Shown: positions 1-9,347, counted from the stretch's first letter. The stretch: 32,000 nt of DNA from Longivirga aurantiaca (GCF_042660085.1 NZ_JBHSTI010000002.1:90001-122000), one strand, 5' to 3'. Notes: generated by a model from the letters alone, not told the origin. A program made the numbers and translations.

Positions 1-36
1 CACGAGTACAGGGTCGGCTGACCCCCACAGGCTCGC

Positions 37-90
37 GCGACCGATCGCATCGGTCGCACGGAGATCGGCACGCGGGACCTGTCCCGCGTG
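37..90. promoter_or_regulatory. Two tandem short inverted repeats upstream of potD-like gene
   Basis: gcgaccgat (37-45)/atcggtcgc (49-57), 9 bp; cacgcgggac (69-78)/gtcccgcgtg (81-90), 10 bp perfect. Function unknown. Confidence 0.4.
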
Positions 91-143
91 GGTAGACGGC
101 TCGGCGGCTCTGCCGGGACGACCAGGGAGAGGGAGGTACGCAG

Positions 144-1340
144 GTGAAGAAGAGCCTGCTCAAGGTCGCAGCCATCGGCTCGGCCGTCGTCCTGCTCGCC
201 GCATGCGGCAGCAGCGACAGTGGTTCCGGGGACGGCTCCGCCGCTCCCGGTGGCAGCGCTTACGCCGGTCCGGTCGGCGCAGGTGAGGGCACGCTGAACG
301 TGCTCGCGTGGCCCGGGTACGCCGAGGACGGCTCGACCGACCCCGCCGTCGACTGGGTCAGCCCGTTCGAGGAGGCGACCGGCTGCCAGGTCAACGTCAA
401 GGTCTTCGCGACCTCGAACGAGGCCTTCACGCTGTTCCAGTCCGGCCAGTACGACGTCGTCTCGGCGTCCGGCGACGCGTCGCTGCGCATGGTCTACGGC
501 AACCTCGTCCAGCCGGTCAACACCGGCCTCGTCCCGAACTACGCCGACATCCTTCCCGAGCTGAAGAACCAGCCGTGGAACACCGTGGGCGAGACGAACT
601 ACGGCGTCCCCCACGGTCGCGGCGCCAACCTGCTGCTGTACCCGACCAAGGATTACCCGACCGCGCCCGACTCGTGGGCCGAGATGTTCGAGGCGGACTC
701 GCCCCTCAAGGGCCAGGTCGCACCGTACGGCGACGCCATCTACATCGCCGACGCGGCCGTCTACCTGATGGCTACGCAGCCCGACCTCGGCATCAAGAAC
801 CCGTACGCGCTCGACCAGACCCAGTTCGACGCCGCCATCGCGCTGCTCGAGCAGCAGAAGCCGCTGGTCGCGTACTACTGGGGCGACCTGGTCAAGCAGG
901 GCCAGGACATCGCCAACGGCACCGTGAAGCAGAGCCAGGGCTGGCAGCTCACGGCGAACTTCACCAACTCGAGCACGCCCGGCGCGGTCGGCTCGGTGAA
1001 GCCGAAGGAGGGCACCACCGGCTGGTCCGACACGTGGATGGTCAAGAAGGACACCAAGAGCATCAACTGCTCGTACCTCTGGCTCGACCACGTGGCCTCG
1101 CCCGAGGTCCAGGCTCAGATCGCCGAGTACTTCGGCGAGGCCCCGGCCAACATCAAGGCCTGCGACCTCACGAAGAACGCGAACCACTGCGAGGAGTTCC
1201 ACGCCAGCGAGTCCGACTACTGGGACGACGTCTGGTACTGGACCACACCGACCGAGGCCTGCCTCGACGGCCGTACGGACGTCAAGTGCGTCACGTACGA
1301 CGAGTGGGTCAAGGCGTGGTCGTCGCTGACGGCCGCCTGA
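144..1340 (+). CDS. potD: Spermidine/putrescine-type ABC transporter substrate-binding lipoprotein
   Basis: Lipobox MKKSLLKVAAIGSAVVLLAACGSS; body LNVLAWPGYAEDGS...VSPFEEATGCQVNVKVF typical of PotD/PotF-like proteins; followed by two permease genes. Confidence 0.88.
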   Translation: MKKSLLKVAAIGSAVVLLAACGSSDSGSGDGSAAPGGSAYAGPVGAGEGTLNVLAWPGYAEDGSTDPAVDWVSPFEEATGCQVNVKVFATSNEAFTLFQSGQYDVVSASGDASLRMVYGNLVQPVNTGLVPNYADILPELKNQPWNTVGETNYGVPHGRGANLLLYPTKDYPTAPDSWAEMFEADSPLKGQVAPYGDAIYIADAAVYLMATQPDLGIKNPYALDQTQFDAAIALLEQQKPLVAYYWGDLVKQGQDIANGTVKQSQGWQLTANFTNSSTPGAVGSVKPKEGTTGWSDTWMVKKDTKSINCSYLWLDHVASPEVQAQIAEYFGEAPANIKACDLTKNANHCEEFHASESDYWDDVWYWTTPTEACLDGRTDVKCVTYDEWVKAWSSLTAA

Positions 1341-1357
1341 CCGGTTCGGTCTGACCG

Positions 1358-1389
1358 GGTCCGGGTGGCGCCACGGCGCCACCCGGACC
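1358..1389. promoter_or_regulatory. Strong intergenic hairpin between substrate-binding and permease genes
   Basis: ggtccgggtggcgcc (1358-1372) / ggcgccacccggacc (1375-1389), 15 bp perfect, 2-nt loop, 17 nt after potD stop. Confidence 0.7.
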
Positions 1390-1445
1390 AACCCAGGATC
1401 TGACCCACTGCCCGTGTCTCACGGACGACGAAGGAGTACCACCTC

Positions 1446-2339
1446 ATGGCCAGCCAGACGGTGAGCCGGCCCGCGGCCGACGGCGGGCCGGGCCCGCTGC
1501 GCCGCGTGCAGTCCAGGCTGCACCGACGGCCCGGGCTGCGCGTGTCCGCGCTGCTCGCGCTGCCGATGACGTGGATGCTGCTGATCTACCTGATCCCGCT
1601 CGCCCTGATCTTCGTGACGGCGTTCTGGACGACGGACTCGTTCACAGGGCTGCTCCAGCGGTCGTTCTCGCTGGAGAACTTCCAGGACATCTTCACCGAC
1701 CCGAACTACTACCTCATGGTCGTGCGCACGGTCGGGATCGCCGCCGCGGTCACGGTCCTCTGCGTGCTGATCGGCCTGCCCATGGCCTTCTTCATGGCGC
1801 GGGTCGCCTCGCCCCGCTGGCAGCCGGCGCTCGTCGCGCTCGTGCTCACGCCGCTGTGGGCGTCGTACCTGGTGAAGGTCTACGCCTGGCGCACGATCCT
1901 CGCGCCCGAGGGCCCGGCCGAGTCCTGGCTCGGTGCGAGCCCGGGATACGGCCTGCCCGCGGTGGCGCTCACGCTCACCTACCTGTGGCTGCCGTACATG
2001 ATCCTGCCGATCTACGCGGGCCTCGCGAACATGCGCGGCTCCTTCCTGGATGCCGCCAGCGACCTCGGCGCCCGCCCCTGGCTGACGTTCCGCACCATCG
2101 TGCTGCCGATGGTGTGGCCGTCGGTCGTGGCCGGCTCGATCTTCACCTTCTCGCTGAGCCTCGGCGACTACATCACCGTGCAGCTGGTGGGTGGCTCGTC
2201 GCTCATGATCGGCAACGCGATCTACCAGAACTTCTCGGTCAGCCTGCCGTTCGCCGCCGCGCTCGCGACGATCCCCGTGATCGTGATGGTCGGCTACCTG
2301 CTCGCCGTGCGCCGCACCGGCGCGCTGGACAACCTCTAA
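1446..2339 (+). CDS. potB: ABC transporter permease, PotB-like
   Basis: Multi-TM protein with EAA-type loop 'DAASDLGARPWLTFRTIVLPMVWPSVVAGSIFTFSLSLGDY'. Confidence 0.88.
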   Translation: MASQTVSRPAADGGPGPLRRVQSRLHRRPGLRVSALLALPMTWMLLIYLIPLALIFVTAFWTTDSFTGLLQRSFSLENFQDIFTDPNYYLMVVRTVGIAAAVTVLCVLIGLPMAFFMARVASPRWQPALVALVLTPLWASYLVKVYAWRTILAPEGPAESWLGASPGYGLPAVALTLTYLWLPYMILPIYAGLANMRGSFLDAASDLGARPWLTFRTIVLPMVWPSVVAGSIFTFSLSLGDYITVQLVGGSSLMIGNAIYQNFSVSLPFAAALATIPVIVMVGYLLAVRRTGALDNL

Positions 2340-2350
2340 GGCGGCCTGCG

Positions 2351-3154
2351 ATGACTCTCTCGCGACCCGCGAAGTGGCTGCTCGGCGTGGCGATGCTCGT
2401 CGGCCTTGCCTTCGTCTATGTGCCCCTCGGCATCGTCGTCGTCAACTCGTTCAACACCAGCAAGCTCTTCGCCTGGCCGCCGCCCGGGTTCACCACCGAG
2501 TGGTGGACCGCTGCCTTCGCCAACGAGGGCGTGCGCTCGGCGTTCGTGACCTCGGTGATCGTCGCCGCGATCGCGACGATGGTCGGACTCGTGCTCGGCA
2601 CCCTCACCGCGATGGCCGTGTCCCGCTACGACTTCTGGGGCCGGCACACCATCTCGCTGCTCTTCGTACTGCCTATCGCGCTGCCGGGCATCATCACCGG
2701 CATCGCGCTGAACAACGTCTTCACCACCTTCCTCGGCGGTCTGTCCTACGTGTCGTTGGTGATCGGGCACGCGACCTTCTGCGTCGTGGTGGTGCTGAAC
2801 AACTCCGCCGCCCGTCTGCGGCGCGCCCTGGGGAACGTCGAGGAGGCGGCTCTCGACCTGGGAGCCACGCGCCTGCAGGCGTTCCGCGACATCACGTTCC
2901 CGGCGATGCGCTCTGCGCTCCTCGCCGGCGGGTTGCTCGCGTTCGGCCTGTCGTTCGACGAGATCATCGTGACGACGTTCACCGCTGGTCCCGGCCAGCA
3001 GACGTTGCCGCTCTGGATCTTCCAGAACCTCTTCCGCCCCAACAGCGCCCCGATCGTCAACGCGGTCGCGGCGATGCTCGTCCTCATCTCGATCGTGCCG
3101 GTGTACCTCGCCCAGCGGCTGTCCGGCGACGCCACGGGCGGCGGTCGCATCTAG
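2351..3154 (+). CDS. potC: ABC transporter permease, PotC-like
   Basis: Starts MTLSRPAKWLLGVAMLVGLAFVYVPLGIVVVNSFN; EAA loop 'EEAALDLGATRLQAFRDITFPAMRSALLAGGLLAFGLSFDEIIVT'. Start trimmed from longer ORF 1571..3154. Confidence 0.88.
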   Translation: MTLSRPAKWLLGVAMLVGLAFVYVPLGIVVVNSFNTSKLFAWPPPGFTTEWWTAAFANEGVRSAFVTSVIVAAIATMVGLVLGTLTAMAVSRYDFWGRHTISLLFVLPIALPGIITGIALNNVFTTFLGGLSYVSLVIGHATFCVVVVLNNSAARLRRALGNVEEAALDLGATRLQAFRDITFPAMRSALLAGGLLAFGLSFDEIIVTTFTAGPGQQTLPLWIFQNLFRPNSAPIVNAVAAMLVLISIVPVYLAQRLSGDATGGGRI

Positions 3155-3183
3155 TCCGCCCGGCTCCAGGGCAGGATGTGCGC

Positions 3184-3915
3184 ATGCCCGACGACGAGTC
3201 CGTGCTCGACCGGCCGTGCGCACCGCTCGATGCCGTCGTCCGCTGGGGCGACGGACCCGACGACGTGGCCGACATCCGGTACGGCGACCCTGCGCGGCCG
3301 CTGGTCGTCCTGATCCACGGCGGGTTCTGGCGCCCGGCGTACGACCGGGTGCACGTGCGTGCCACGACCGAGGGCCTGAACGCGCAGGGGTGGACGGTCG
3401 CGGCACCGGAGTACCGCCGCGTGCCCGGCGACCCCGATGCCACGACGTCCGACGTCGCGTCCGCCCTCGTCGCGCTGCCGAGCCTCCTCGCCGACCACCA
3501 CGACGGGCGCGTCGTCGTCCTCGGGCACTCGGCGGGGGGTCATCTCGCCCTCTGGGCGGCGGCCGCGGCGCCCGCGCCGGGCCTCGTCCTCACCGTCTCG
3601 CTCGGCGGAGTCGGCTCCCTCGTGCTGGCCGAGACGGACGGCCTCGGTTCGGGAGCGGTCGTGGCGTTCCTCGGCGGGCCGGCGGCGTCCCGACCCGATC
3701 TCGACCCGGCGCTGCTCCCGACCCCGTTCTCGCAGGTCAGGCTCGTGCACGGCGTCGAGGACGACATCGTGCCGGTCTCCCAGGCGCGCGCGTACGCCGC
3801 GGCCCACCGCCGGGCGCGCGTGGACGAGGTGCCCGGCTGCGGCCACTTCGGGGTGATCGATCCGATGGCAGATGCCTGGCACGCCGTGGTCGGTGCGGTC
3901 CGGGGTGCCCCGTAG
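3184..3915 (+). CDS. Alpha/beta hydrolase (carboxylesterase/kynurenine-formamidase-like)
   Basis: HGGFW oxyanion motif, nucleophile elbow GHSAGG, C-terminal GCGHF; internal start in ORF 2374..3915. Confidence 0.8.
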   Translation: MPDDESVLDRPCAPLDAVVRWGDGPDDVADIRYGDPARPLVVLIHGGFWRPAYDRVHVRATTEGLNAQGWTVAAPEYRRVPGDPDATTSDVASALVALPSLLADHHDGRVVVLGHSAGGHLALWAAAAAPAPGLVLTVSLGGVGSLVLAETDGLGSGAVVAFLGGPAASRPDLDPALLPTPFSQVRLVHGVEDDIVPVSQARAYAAAHRRARVDEVPGCGHFGVIDPMADAWHAVVGAVRGAP

Positions 3916-3924
3916 ACTGCACCC

Positions 3925-5529
3925 GTGCGGCGAGGCGACGGCAAGCTCAGCCACGACCTGCTCCCCGGTGAGAAGGGCCCCCAGGACGCCTGCGGCGTCT
4001 TCGGAGTCTGGGCCCCGGGCGAGGAGGTCGCGAAGCTCACCTATTTCGGGCTCTACGCCCTGCAGCACCGCGGGCAGGAGTCCGCCGGCATCGCGGTCAG
4101 CGACGGCACCCACATCCTCGTCTACAAGGACATGGGCCTCGTCTCGCAGGTGTTCACCGAGGCCAGCCTCGAGAGCCTGCAGGGCCACCTCGCGATCGGC
4201 CATACGCGCTACAGCACCACCGGCGCCTCGGTGTGGGAGAACGCGCAGCCGACGTTCCGTGCCACCGCCACCGGCCACATCGCCCTCGGCCACAACGGGA
4301 ACCTGACCAACACGCACGAGCTCGCGCGTCGCGTGCGCGAGCGCGCCGACGAGAGCGGAGAGCTGTCGCTCGGCACGAGCCTCGGCAGCTCGTCCGACAC
4401 CGACCTGCTCACCTCGCTGCTCGCCTCGCACCCCGACCTCTCGCTCGAGGCGGCGGCGATCGAGGAGCTGCCGCTGCTCAAGGGCGCGTTCTCGCTCGTC
4501 TTCATGGACGACACCACGCTGTACGCCGCCCGCGACCCGCAGGGCGTGCGCCCGCTCACCCTCGGCCGCCTCGAGCGCGGCTGGGTCGTCGCGTCCGAGA
4601 CCGCCGCGCTCGACATCGTGGGCGCCTCGTTCGTCCGCGAGATCGAGCCGGGCGAGCTCATCGCCATCGACGAGCAGGGCCTGCGCTCGAGCAGGTTCGC
4701 CGAGGCCGAGCCCAAGGGCTGCCTCTTCGAGTTCGTCTACCTCGCGCGCCCCGACACCACCATCAGCGGCCGGTCGATCCACGGCGTCCGCGCCGAGGTC
4801 GGCCGTCAGCTCGCCCGCGAGTTCCCCGTCGTCGCCGACCTGGTCATCCCGGTGCCGGAGAGCGGCACCCCGGCGGCCGTCGGCTACGCCCAGGAGTCGG
4901 GCATCCCGTTCGCCCAGGGCCTGGTGAAGAACGCCTACGTCGGGCGCACGTTCATCCAGCCGTCGCAGACCCTGCGCCAGCTCGGCATCCGGCTCAAGCT
5001 CAACCCGCTGCGCGAGATCGTGCAGGGCAAGAAGCTCGTCGTCGTCGACGACTCCATCGTGCGCGGCAACACCCAGCGCGCGATCGTGCGGATGCTGCGC
5101 GAGGCCGGTGCGCTCGAGGTGCACGTGCGCATCTCGAGCCCGCCCGTGAAGTGGCCGTGCTTCTACGGCATCGACTTCGCCACGCGCGCCGAGCTCATCG
5201 CCAACGGCCTCGCGGTCGACGAGATCCGTACGGCGATCGGCGCCGACTCCCTCGGCTACGTCTCACTCGAGGGGCTCGTGCAGACCACCGGCGTCGCCAT
5301 GGACCGCCTCTGCCGTGCCTGCTTCGACGGCGTCTACCCCATCGAGCTGCCCACGCCCGAGATGCTCGGCAAGCACCTGCTCGAGGGCCTCGACCAGCTC
5401 GAGTCCAAGGTGCTCGCGTCCGAGCAGGTCATCGAGGTCGAGGCGCACCCGCAGGTGGCGCTCGACGTCGGGGGCCTGACCACCCTCATCGGTGGCGGCG
5501 GCGCGGCCGACGCCCTCGACCGCCCGTGA
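3925..5529 (+). CDS. purF: Amidophosphoribosyltransferase
   Basis: GPQDACGVFGVWAPGEEVAKLTYFGLYALQHRGQESAGIAV; PRTase region KLVVVDDSIVRGNTQRAIVRMLREAGA. Confidence 0.97.
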   Translation: MRRGDGKLSHDLLPGEKGPQDACGVFGVWAPGEEVAKLTYFGLYALQHRGQESAGIAVSDGTHILVYKDMGLVSQVFTEASLESLQGHLAIGHTRYSTTGASVWENAQPTFRATATGHIALGHNGNLTNTHELARRVRERADESGELSLGTSLGSSSDTDLLTSLLASHPDLSLEAAAIEELPLLKGAFSLVFMDDTTLYAARDPQGVRPLTLGRLERGWVVASETAALDIVGASFVREIEPGELIAIDEQGLRSSRFAEAEPKGCLFEFVYLARPDTTISGRSIHGVRAEVGRQLAREFPVVADLVIPVPESGTPAAVGYAQESGIPFAQGLVKNAYVGRTFIQPSQTLRQLGIRLKLNPLREIVQGKKLVVVDDSIVRGNTQRAIVRMLREAGALEVHVRISSPPVKWPCFYGIDFATRAELIANGLAVDEIRTAIGADSLGYVSLEGLVQTTGVAMDRLCRACFDGVYPIELPTPEMLGKHLLEGLDQLESKVLASEQVIEVEAHPQVALDVGGLTTLIGGGGAADALDRP

Positions 5530-6674
5530 GCGAGCTCGACCCGGTCGTCGCCGGGAACGTCGTCCGCACGTCCGCCGGCGCTCCGGCGACCTACGCCGCT
5601 GCCGGTGTCGACGTCGAGGCGGGCGAGCACGCCGTCGCCCTCATGAAGGCCTCGCTCGCCCGGGCCCAGCGCCCCGAGGTCGTCGGCGAGATGGGCGGGT
5701 TCGCCGGGCTCTTCGACGTCTCGCTCATCAAGAAGTACAACCGTCCGCTGCTCGCGACCTCCACCGACGGCGTGGGCACGAAGGTCGTCGTTGCCCAGCG
5801 CATGAACAAGCACGACACGATCGGCATCGACCTCGTCGCCATGGTCGTCGACGACCTGGTCGTGTGCGGCGCCGAGCCGCTGTTCATGACCGACTACATC
5901 GCGACCGGCAAGGTCGTGCCCGAGCGCATCGCCGCGATCGTGTCGGGCATCGCCGAGGGCTGCCGCCAGGCGGGCTGCGCGCTCGTCGGTGGCGAGACCG
6001 CCGAGCACCCGGGCCTGCTCGCACCCGACGAGTACGACGTCGCAGGCGCCGGCACCGGAGTGGTCGACGCCGACGACCTGCTCGGTCCCGACCGTGTGCG
6101 TGCGGGCGACGTCGCGATCGCCATGCGAGCGAGCGGGCTGCACTCGAACGGCTACTCCCTCGCCCGGCACGTGCTGCTGACCACCGGGGGTCTCGACCTG
6201 CACGCGCACATCGACGTCCTCGGCCGCACCCTCGGCGAGGAGATGCTCGAGCCGACGCGGATCTACTCGCTCGACGTGCTCGACCTCGCGCGGGCGGCCG
6301 ACGTCGACGTCCACTCGGTGTCGCACGTGACGGGCGGCGGGCTCGCAGCCAACCTCGCCCGCGTGCTGCCCGCCGACATCCACGTGAGCATCGACCGCTC
6401 CACCTGGACGCCGCACCCGATCTTCACGCTCGTGGGCGAGATGGGCCGGGTCGCGCTGCCCGAGCTCGAGAAGACGTTCAACATGGGCGTCGGCATGATC
6501 GCGATGGTCGCGCCGTCGTCGGTCGACGCCGCGCTCGCCCGCCTCGCCGCCCGTGGCCTCGACGCCTGGGTTCTCGGCGAGGCGCGGGCGCGTGCCGAGG
6601 GCGAGACCGGCGACGCCGCCGCCAAGGGCGGCAACGGCGGCTCGGTCACCCTGACCGGCACCCACGCCCGCTGA
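5526..6674 (+). CDS. purM: Phosphoribosylformylglycinamidine cyclo-ligase
   Basis: GTG start overlapping purF stop (GTGA); LLATSTDGVGTKVVVAQRMNKHDTIGIDLVAMVVDDLVVCGAEPLFMTDYIATGK. Confidence 0.97.
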   Translation: MSELDPVVAGNVVRTSAGAPATYAAAGVDVEAGEHAVALMKASLARAQRPEVVGEMGGFAGLFDVSLIKKYNRPLLATSTDGVGTKVVVAQRMNKHDTIGIDLVAMVVDDLVVCGAEPLFMTDYIATGKVVPERIAAIVSGIAEGCRQAGCALVGGETAEHPGLLAPDEYDVAGAGTGVVDADDLLGPDRVRAGDVAIAMRASGLHSNGYSLARHVLLTTGGLDLHAHIDVLGRTLGEEMLEPTRIYSLDVLDLARAADVDVHSVSHVTGGGLAANLARVLPADIHVSIDRSTWTPHPIFTLVGEMGRVALPELEKTFNMGVGMIAMVAPSSVDAALARLAARGLDAWVLGEARARAEGETGDAAAKGGNGGSVTLTGTHAR

Positions 6675-6767
6675 CCTTCTCGGCCCTGAGGGTCGATCAC
6701 GGCAGTTGAACTGCGCTCGTTGACCCGCACTCGTGATCCTGGACGCGCTCGACCGCGCCCGGGTACG

Positions 6768-6805
6768 ACGAAGGCGCCCGGCCCCGAGGGGGTGGGCGCC
6801 TTCGT
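6768..6805. terminator. Bidirectional terminator-like hairpin between convergent purM and DUF3073 gene
   Basis: acgaaggcgccc (6768-6779) / gggcgccttcgt (6794-6805), 12 bp perfect. Confidence 0.75.
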
Positions 6806-6825
6806 GCGCAGGTGGGACGTCGCGG

Positions 6826-7044
6826 CTAGCGCGAGTCGTCGTCCTCGTCGTCCTCGATGTACTTCGAGTAGAGGTCGTCGTCGTCCTCGTCGTCGACCTC
6901 GGGCACGTGGGCGGGAGCCGCCGGGAGGTCGTGATGACCGCCCGCAAGCTCTGCCTGGAGCCGGTTGAGGTCGGGGTTGACCGACCCGTACTTCAGCTCG
7001 CGTGCGACCTTGGTCTGCTTGGCCTTGGCCCTGCCACGACCCAT
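6826..7044 (-). CDS. DUF3073-family small acidic protein
   Basis: MGRGRAKAKQTKVARELKYGSVNPDLNRLQAEL... with acidic tail DDEDDDDLYSKYIEDDEDDD; characteristic actinobacterial family next to purM. Start trimmed from ORF 6826..7368. Confidence 0.92.
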   Translation of the reverse strand: MGRGRAKAKQTKVARELKYGSVNPDLNRLQAELAGGHHDLPAAPAHVPEVDDEDDDDLYSKYIEDDEDDDSR

Positions 7045-7231
7045 GGCGTGACCCCCTCTGGGGCTCAGTGCCCCGGATGCGACCGACATGACAGCCCACC
7101 GGGGTGGTGCCGCCAGTGGTTCGACTGCCCAGCATAGTCGCAGCGACGGGCGCGTTCGACCGGGGTTCGCCGGGAGCGCACTCCGGCCGTGTCGCGCCGC
7201 GGGACGCCGGGAGGGTCGGCGTCCCCGCAGG

Positions 7232-8317
7232 TCAGCGGCCCGGGTCCCCGGCGAACGGCGGCCGGGGCGGGGCGGCCGCGATCCGCTCCTCGGCCAGGGC
7301 TTCGGCGGCGACGAGCGGGGTGGTCCCGGACGCCGTCGCACGGCGCAGGACGTCGAGCAGCGTGGCACCGATCTCCCGCGCCCGGGCCCGGGCGGCAGCG
7401 TCGTCGTACGTGCCGCGGCCGGCGTACTCGGCTCCCACGGCGATCACGCCGCCGGCGTTGACGAGGAAGTCGGGGGCGAAGAGCACGCCGCGCTCGGCCA
7501 GGCGGTCGGCGAGGGCTGGCGCTGCCAGCTGGTTGTTGGCACCGCCGCAGACCGCCCGCGCGGTCAGTCTCTCGGCGACCTCCGCGGTGATCATGCCGCC
7601 GAGCGCGCAGGGGGCCAGCACGTCGACGTCCGCCTCGACGAGGTCGTCGGCGCTCGCTGCCACCTCGACCGTGGGGTGCTCGGCGCGCAGCCGTGCCACG
7701 GCGTCGGCGGAGACGTCGGCCACCAGCACGCTGCCGCCCTCGGCCAGCACGTGCCCGGCGAGCCGGCGTCCGACCTTGCCGACGCCGGCGATCGCCACGC
7801 GGCGTCCGGCGAGGGACGGCGTCCCCCACAGGTGCTCGGCCACGGCCTTGAGCCCGTGGTGGACGCCGACCGCGGTGAGATCGCCGCTGTCGCCGGCGCC
7901 GCCGTGCTCCGGCGACCGGCCGGTGGTCCAGGGGTTCACCGTGGCGACGACGTCCATGTCGGCGACGTACGTGCCGACGTCGCACGCGGTCACGTACCGG
8001 CCGCCGAGCGAGGCGACGAGCCGGCCGTACGCCCGCAGGACCTCCGGGGTCTTGTCGTGGGCGGGGTCGCCGACGATCACGCCCTTGCCGCCACCGTGCG
8101 GGAGGCCGGCGAGCGCGTTCTTGTACGTCATCGCACGGGCCAGGGCGAGGGCGTCGTCCATCGCGGCGTCGAGGTCGGCGTACGGCACGAAGCGGGTGCC
8201 GCCGAGGGCCGGGCCGAGGGCGGTCGAGTGGATCGCGACGATCGCGCGCAGGCCCGAGGGGGCGTCGTGGCCGACGACGACCTGCTCGTTCCCGAGCAGC
8301 GCCGGGGGGAGGCTCAT
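7232..8317 (-). CDS. Glu/Leu/Phe/Val dehydrogenase (valine-dehydrogenase-like)
   Basis: ALGPALGGTRFVPYADLDAAMDDALALARAMTYKNALAGLPHGGGKGVI and NAD-binding VAIAGVGKVGRRLAGHVLAEG. Confidence 0.9.
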   Translation of the reverse strand: MSLPPALLGNEQVVVGHDAPSGLRAIVAIHSTALGPALGGTRFVPYADLDAAMDDALALARAMTYKNALAGLPHGGGKGVIVGDPAHDKTPEVLRAYGRLVASLGGRYVTACDVGTYVADMDVVATVNPWTTGRSPEHGGAGDSGDLTAVGVHHGLKAVAEHLWGTPSLAGRRVAIAGVGKVGRRLAGHVLAEGGSVLVADVSADAVARLRAEHPTVEVAASADDLVEADVDVLAPCALGGMITAEVAERLTARAVCGGANNQLAAPALADRLAERGVLFAPDFLVNAGGVIAVGAEYAGRGTYDDAAARARAREIGATLLDVLRRATASGTTPLVAAEALAEERIAAAPPRPPFAGDPGR

Positions 8318-8365
8318 GGCCTCAACCTACGACCCGTCCCCGCGCTCCGGCCTCGGAGCAGGACG

Positions 8366-8427
8366 CGAGTTACTGCCCATAGTGGGGTTATGCGGCGGTC
8401 GATTACCCCACTTTGGGCAGTAACTCG
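8366..8427. repeat. 62-nt intergenic inverted repeat (long imperfect stem)
   Basis: cgagttactgcccatagtggggt (8366-8388) / accccactttgggcagtaactcg (8405-8427): 22 of 23 pairs, 16-nt loop. Confidence 0.85.
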
Positions 8428-8429
8428 AA

Positions 8430-9347
8430 TCAGGAGGGGAGGTCGGCGAGGTGCGGGGGCTCGGCGCCGGCTCGGGTGCAGGTGATGCCGGCGACGACGA
8501 TCGCGCGCTCGACGGCGGTGCGCAGGGCCTGGAGGTCGGCGAGGTCGGTGCGGCCGAGACCGGCGTCGACCCAGGTGGCGAGGAAGCCGCCGCCGAAGGA
8601 GTCGCCGGCACCGACGGTGTCGACCACCTCGACCGAGGGCACGTCGACGGAGAACGAGCCGCCGTCGCGCACGAGCACGTGCACGGTCTCGGCGCCGTCG
8701 GTGAACAGCACCACCTGCGGCCCGAGGGCCAGCAGGTCGCGGCACGCGGTCAGGCCGTCGACGCCGGGCGACAGGTAGTCGAGGTCGTCGCCGGAGACCT
8801 TCACGACGTCGGCGCGCGCGAGCACGCGGTGAAGTCGTGCGATGTAGGCGTCGCGGTCCGAGATGGTGAGGGGGCGGCAGTTGGGGTCGATGAACACGAG
8901 CACGTCGTCGCCGATGCCGGCCACGAGCGACTCCATCGTGGTCGCCATCGGCTCGAAGACCAGGCCGAGCGTGCCCACGTGCAGGACGGTCGCAGCCGCG
9001 TCGAACGCCGCGCGTGCGTCGTCGCCCGTGACGAGCGGCGCGGACGTGCCGGCGAAGTAGAAGCGGTAGCTCGCGGCCCCGCCCTCGTCGAGCTCGGCGA
9101 GGGCGAGCGTCGTCGGGAGGTCCACGGGCGTCGGCATGCCGAGGTGTACGCCGTCCTCCTCGAGCCGGGTGCGCAGGTCGCGACCGAAGCGGTCGACCGA
9201 CAGCCCCCCGAGGAACACGGTCGGCACCCCGAGGCGCGCGAGCGTGCGCGCGGCGTTGAACGGGCCGCCGCCGGGCACGGCGGTGATCGAACCGTCCGGG
9301 CGCAGGATGAGGTCGACGAGAGCCTCGCCGGCGACGACGACGGTCAT
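8430..9347 (-). CDS. PfkB-family carbohydrate kinase (fructokinase/ribokinase-like)
   Basis: MTVVVAGEALVDLILRPDGSITAVPGGGPFNAARTLARLG; C-terminal VVDTVGAGDSFGGGFLA anion-hole/catalytic motif. Confidence 0.92.
   Translation of the reverse strand: MTVVVAGEALVDLILRPDGSITAVPGGGPFNAARTLARLGVPTVFLGGLSVDRFGRDLRTRLEEDGVHLGMPTPVDLPTTLALAELDEGGAASYRFYFAGTSAPLVTGDDARAAFDAAATVLHVGTLGLVFEPMATTMESLVAGIGDDVLVFIDPNCRPLTISDRDAYIARLHRVLARADVVKVSGDDLDYLSPGVDGLTACRDLLALGPQVVLFTDGAETVHVLVRDGGSFSVDVPSVEVVDTVGAGDSFGGGFLATWVDAGLGRTDLADLQALRTAVERAIVVAGITCTRAGAEPPHLADLPS

Noticed and set aside
37-90. Guanidine-II (mini-ykkC) riboswitch suggested by two tandem hairpins
   Set aside because: The hairpin loops lack the expected ACGR sequence and spacing, so I kept it only as an unassigned structured leader.
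3151-5124. 657-aa minus-strand ORF opposite the hydrolase and purF
   Set aside because: Same GC-driven shadow pattern; purF on the plus strand is unambiguous.
3925-6674. Anything unusual in purF-purM
   Set aside because: Standard overlapping purine biosynthesis genes with conserved motifs.
8366-8427. CRISPR or tRNA-like element
   Set aside because: Only one inverted repeat unit, no periodic direct repeats and no cloverleaf or acceptor features. No CRISPR array or cas-like protein was found in the window.
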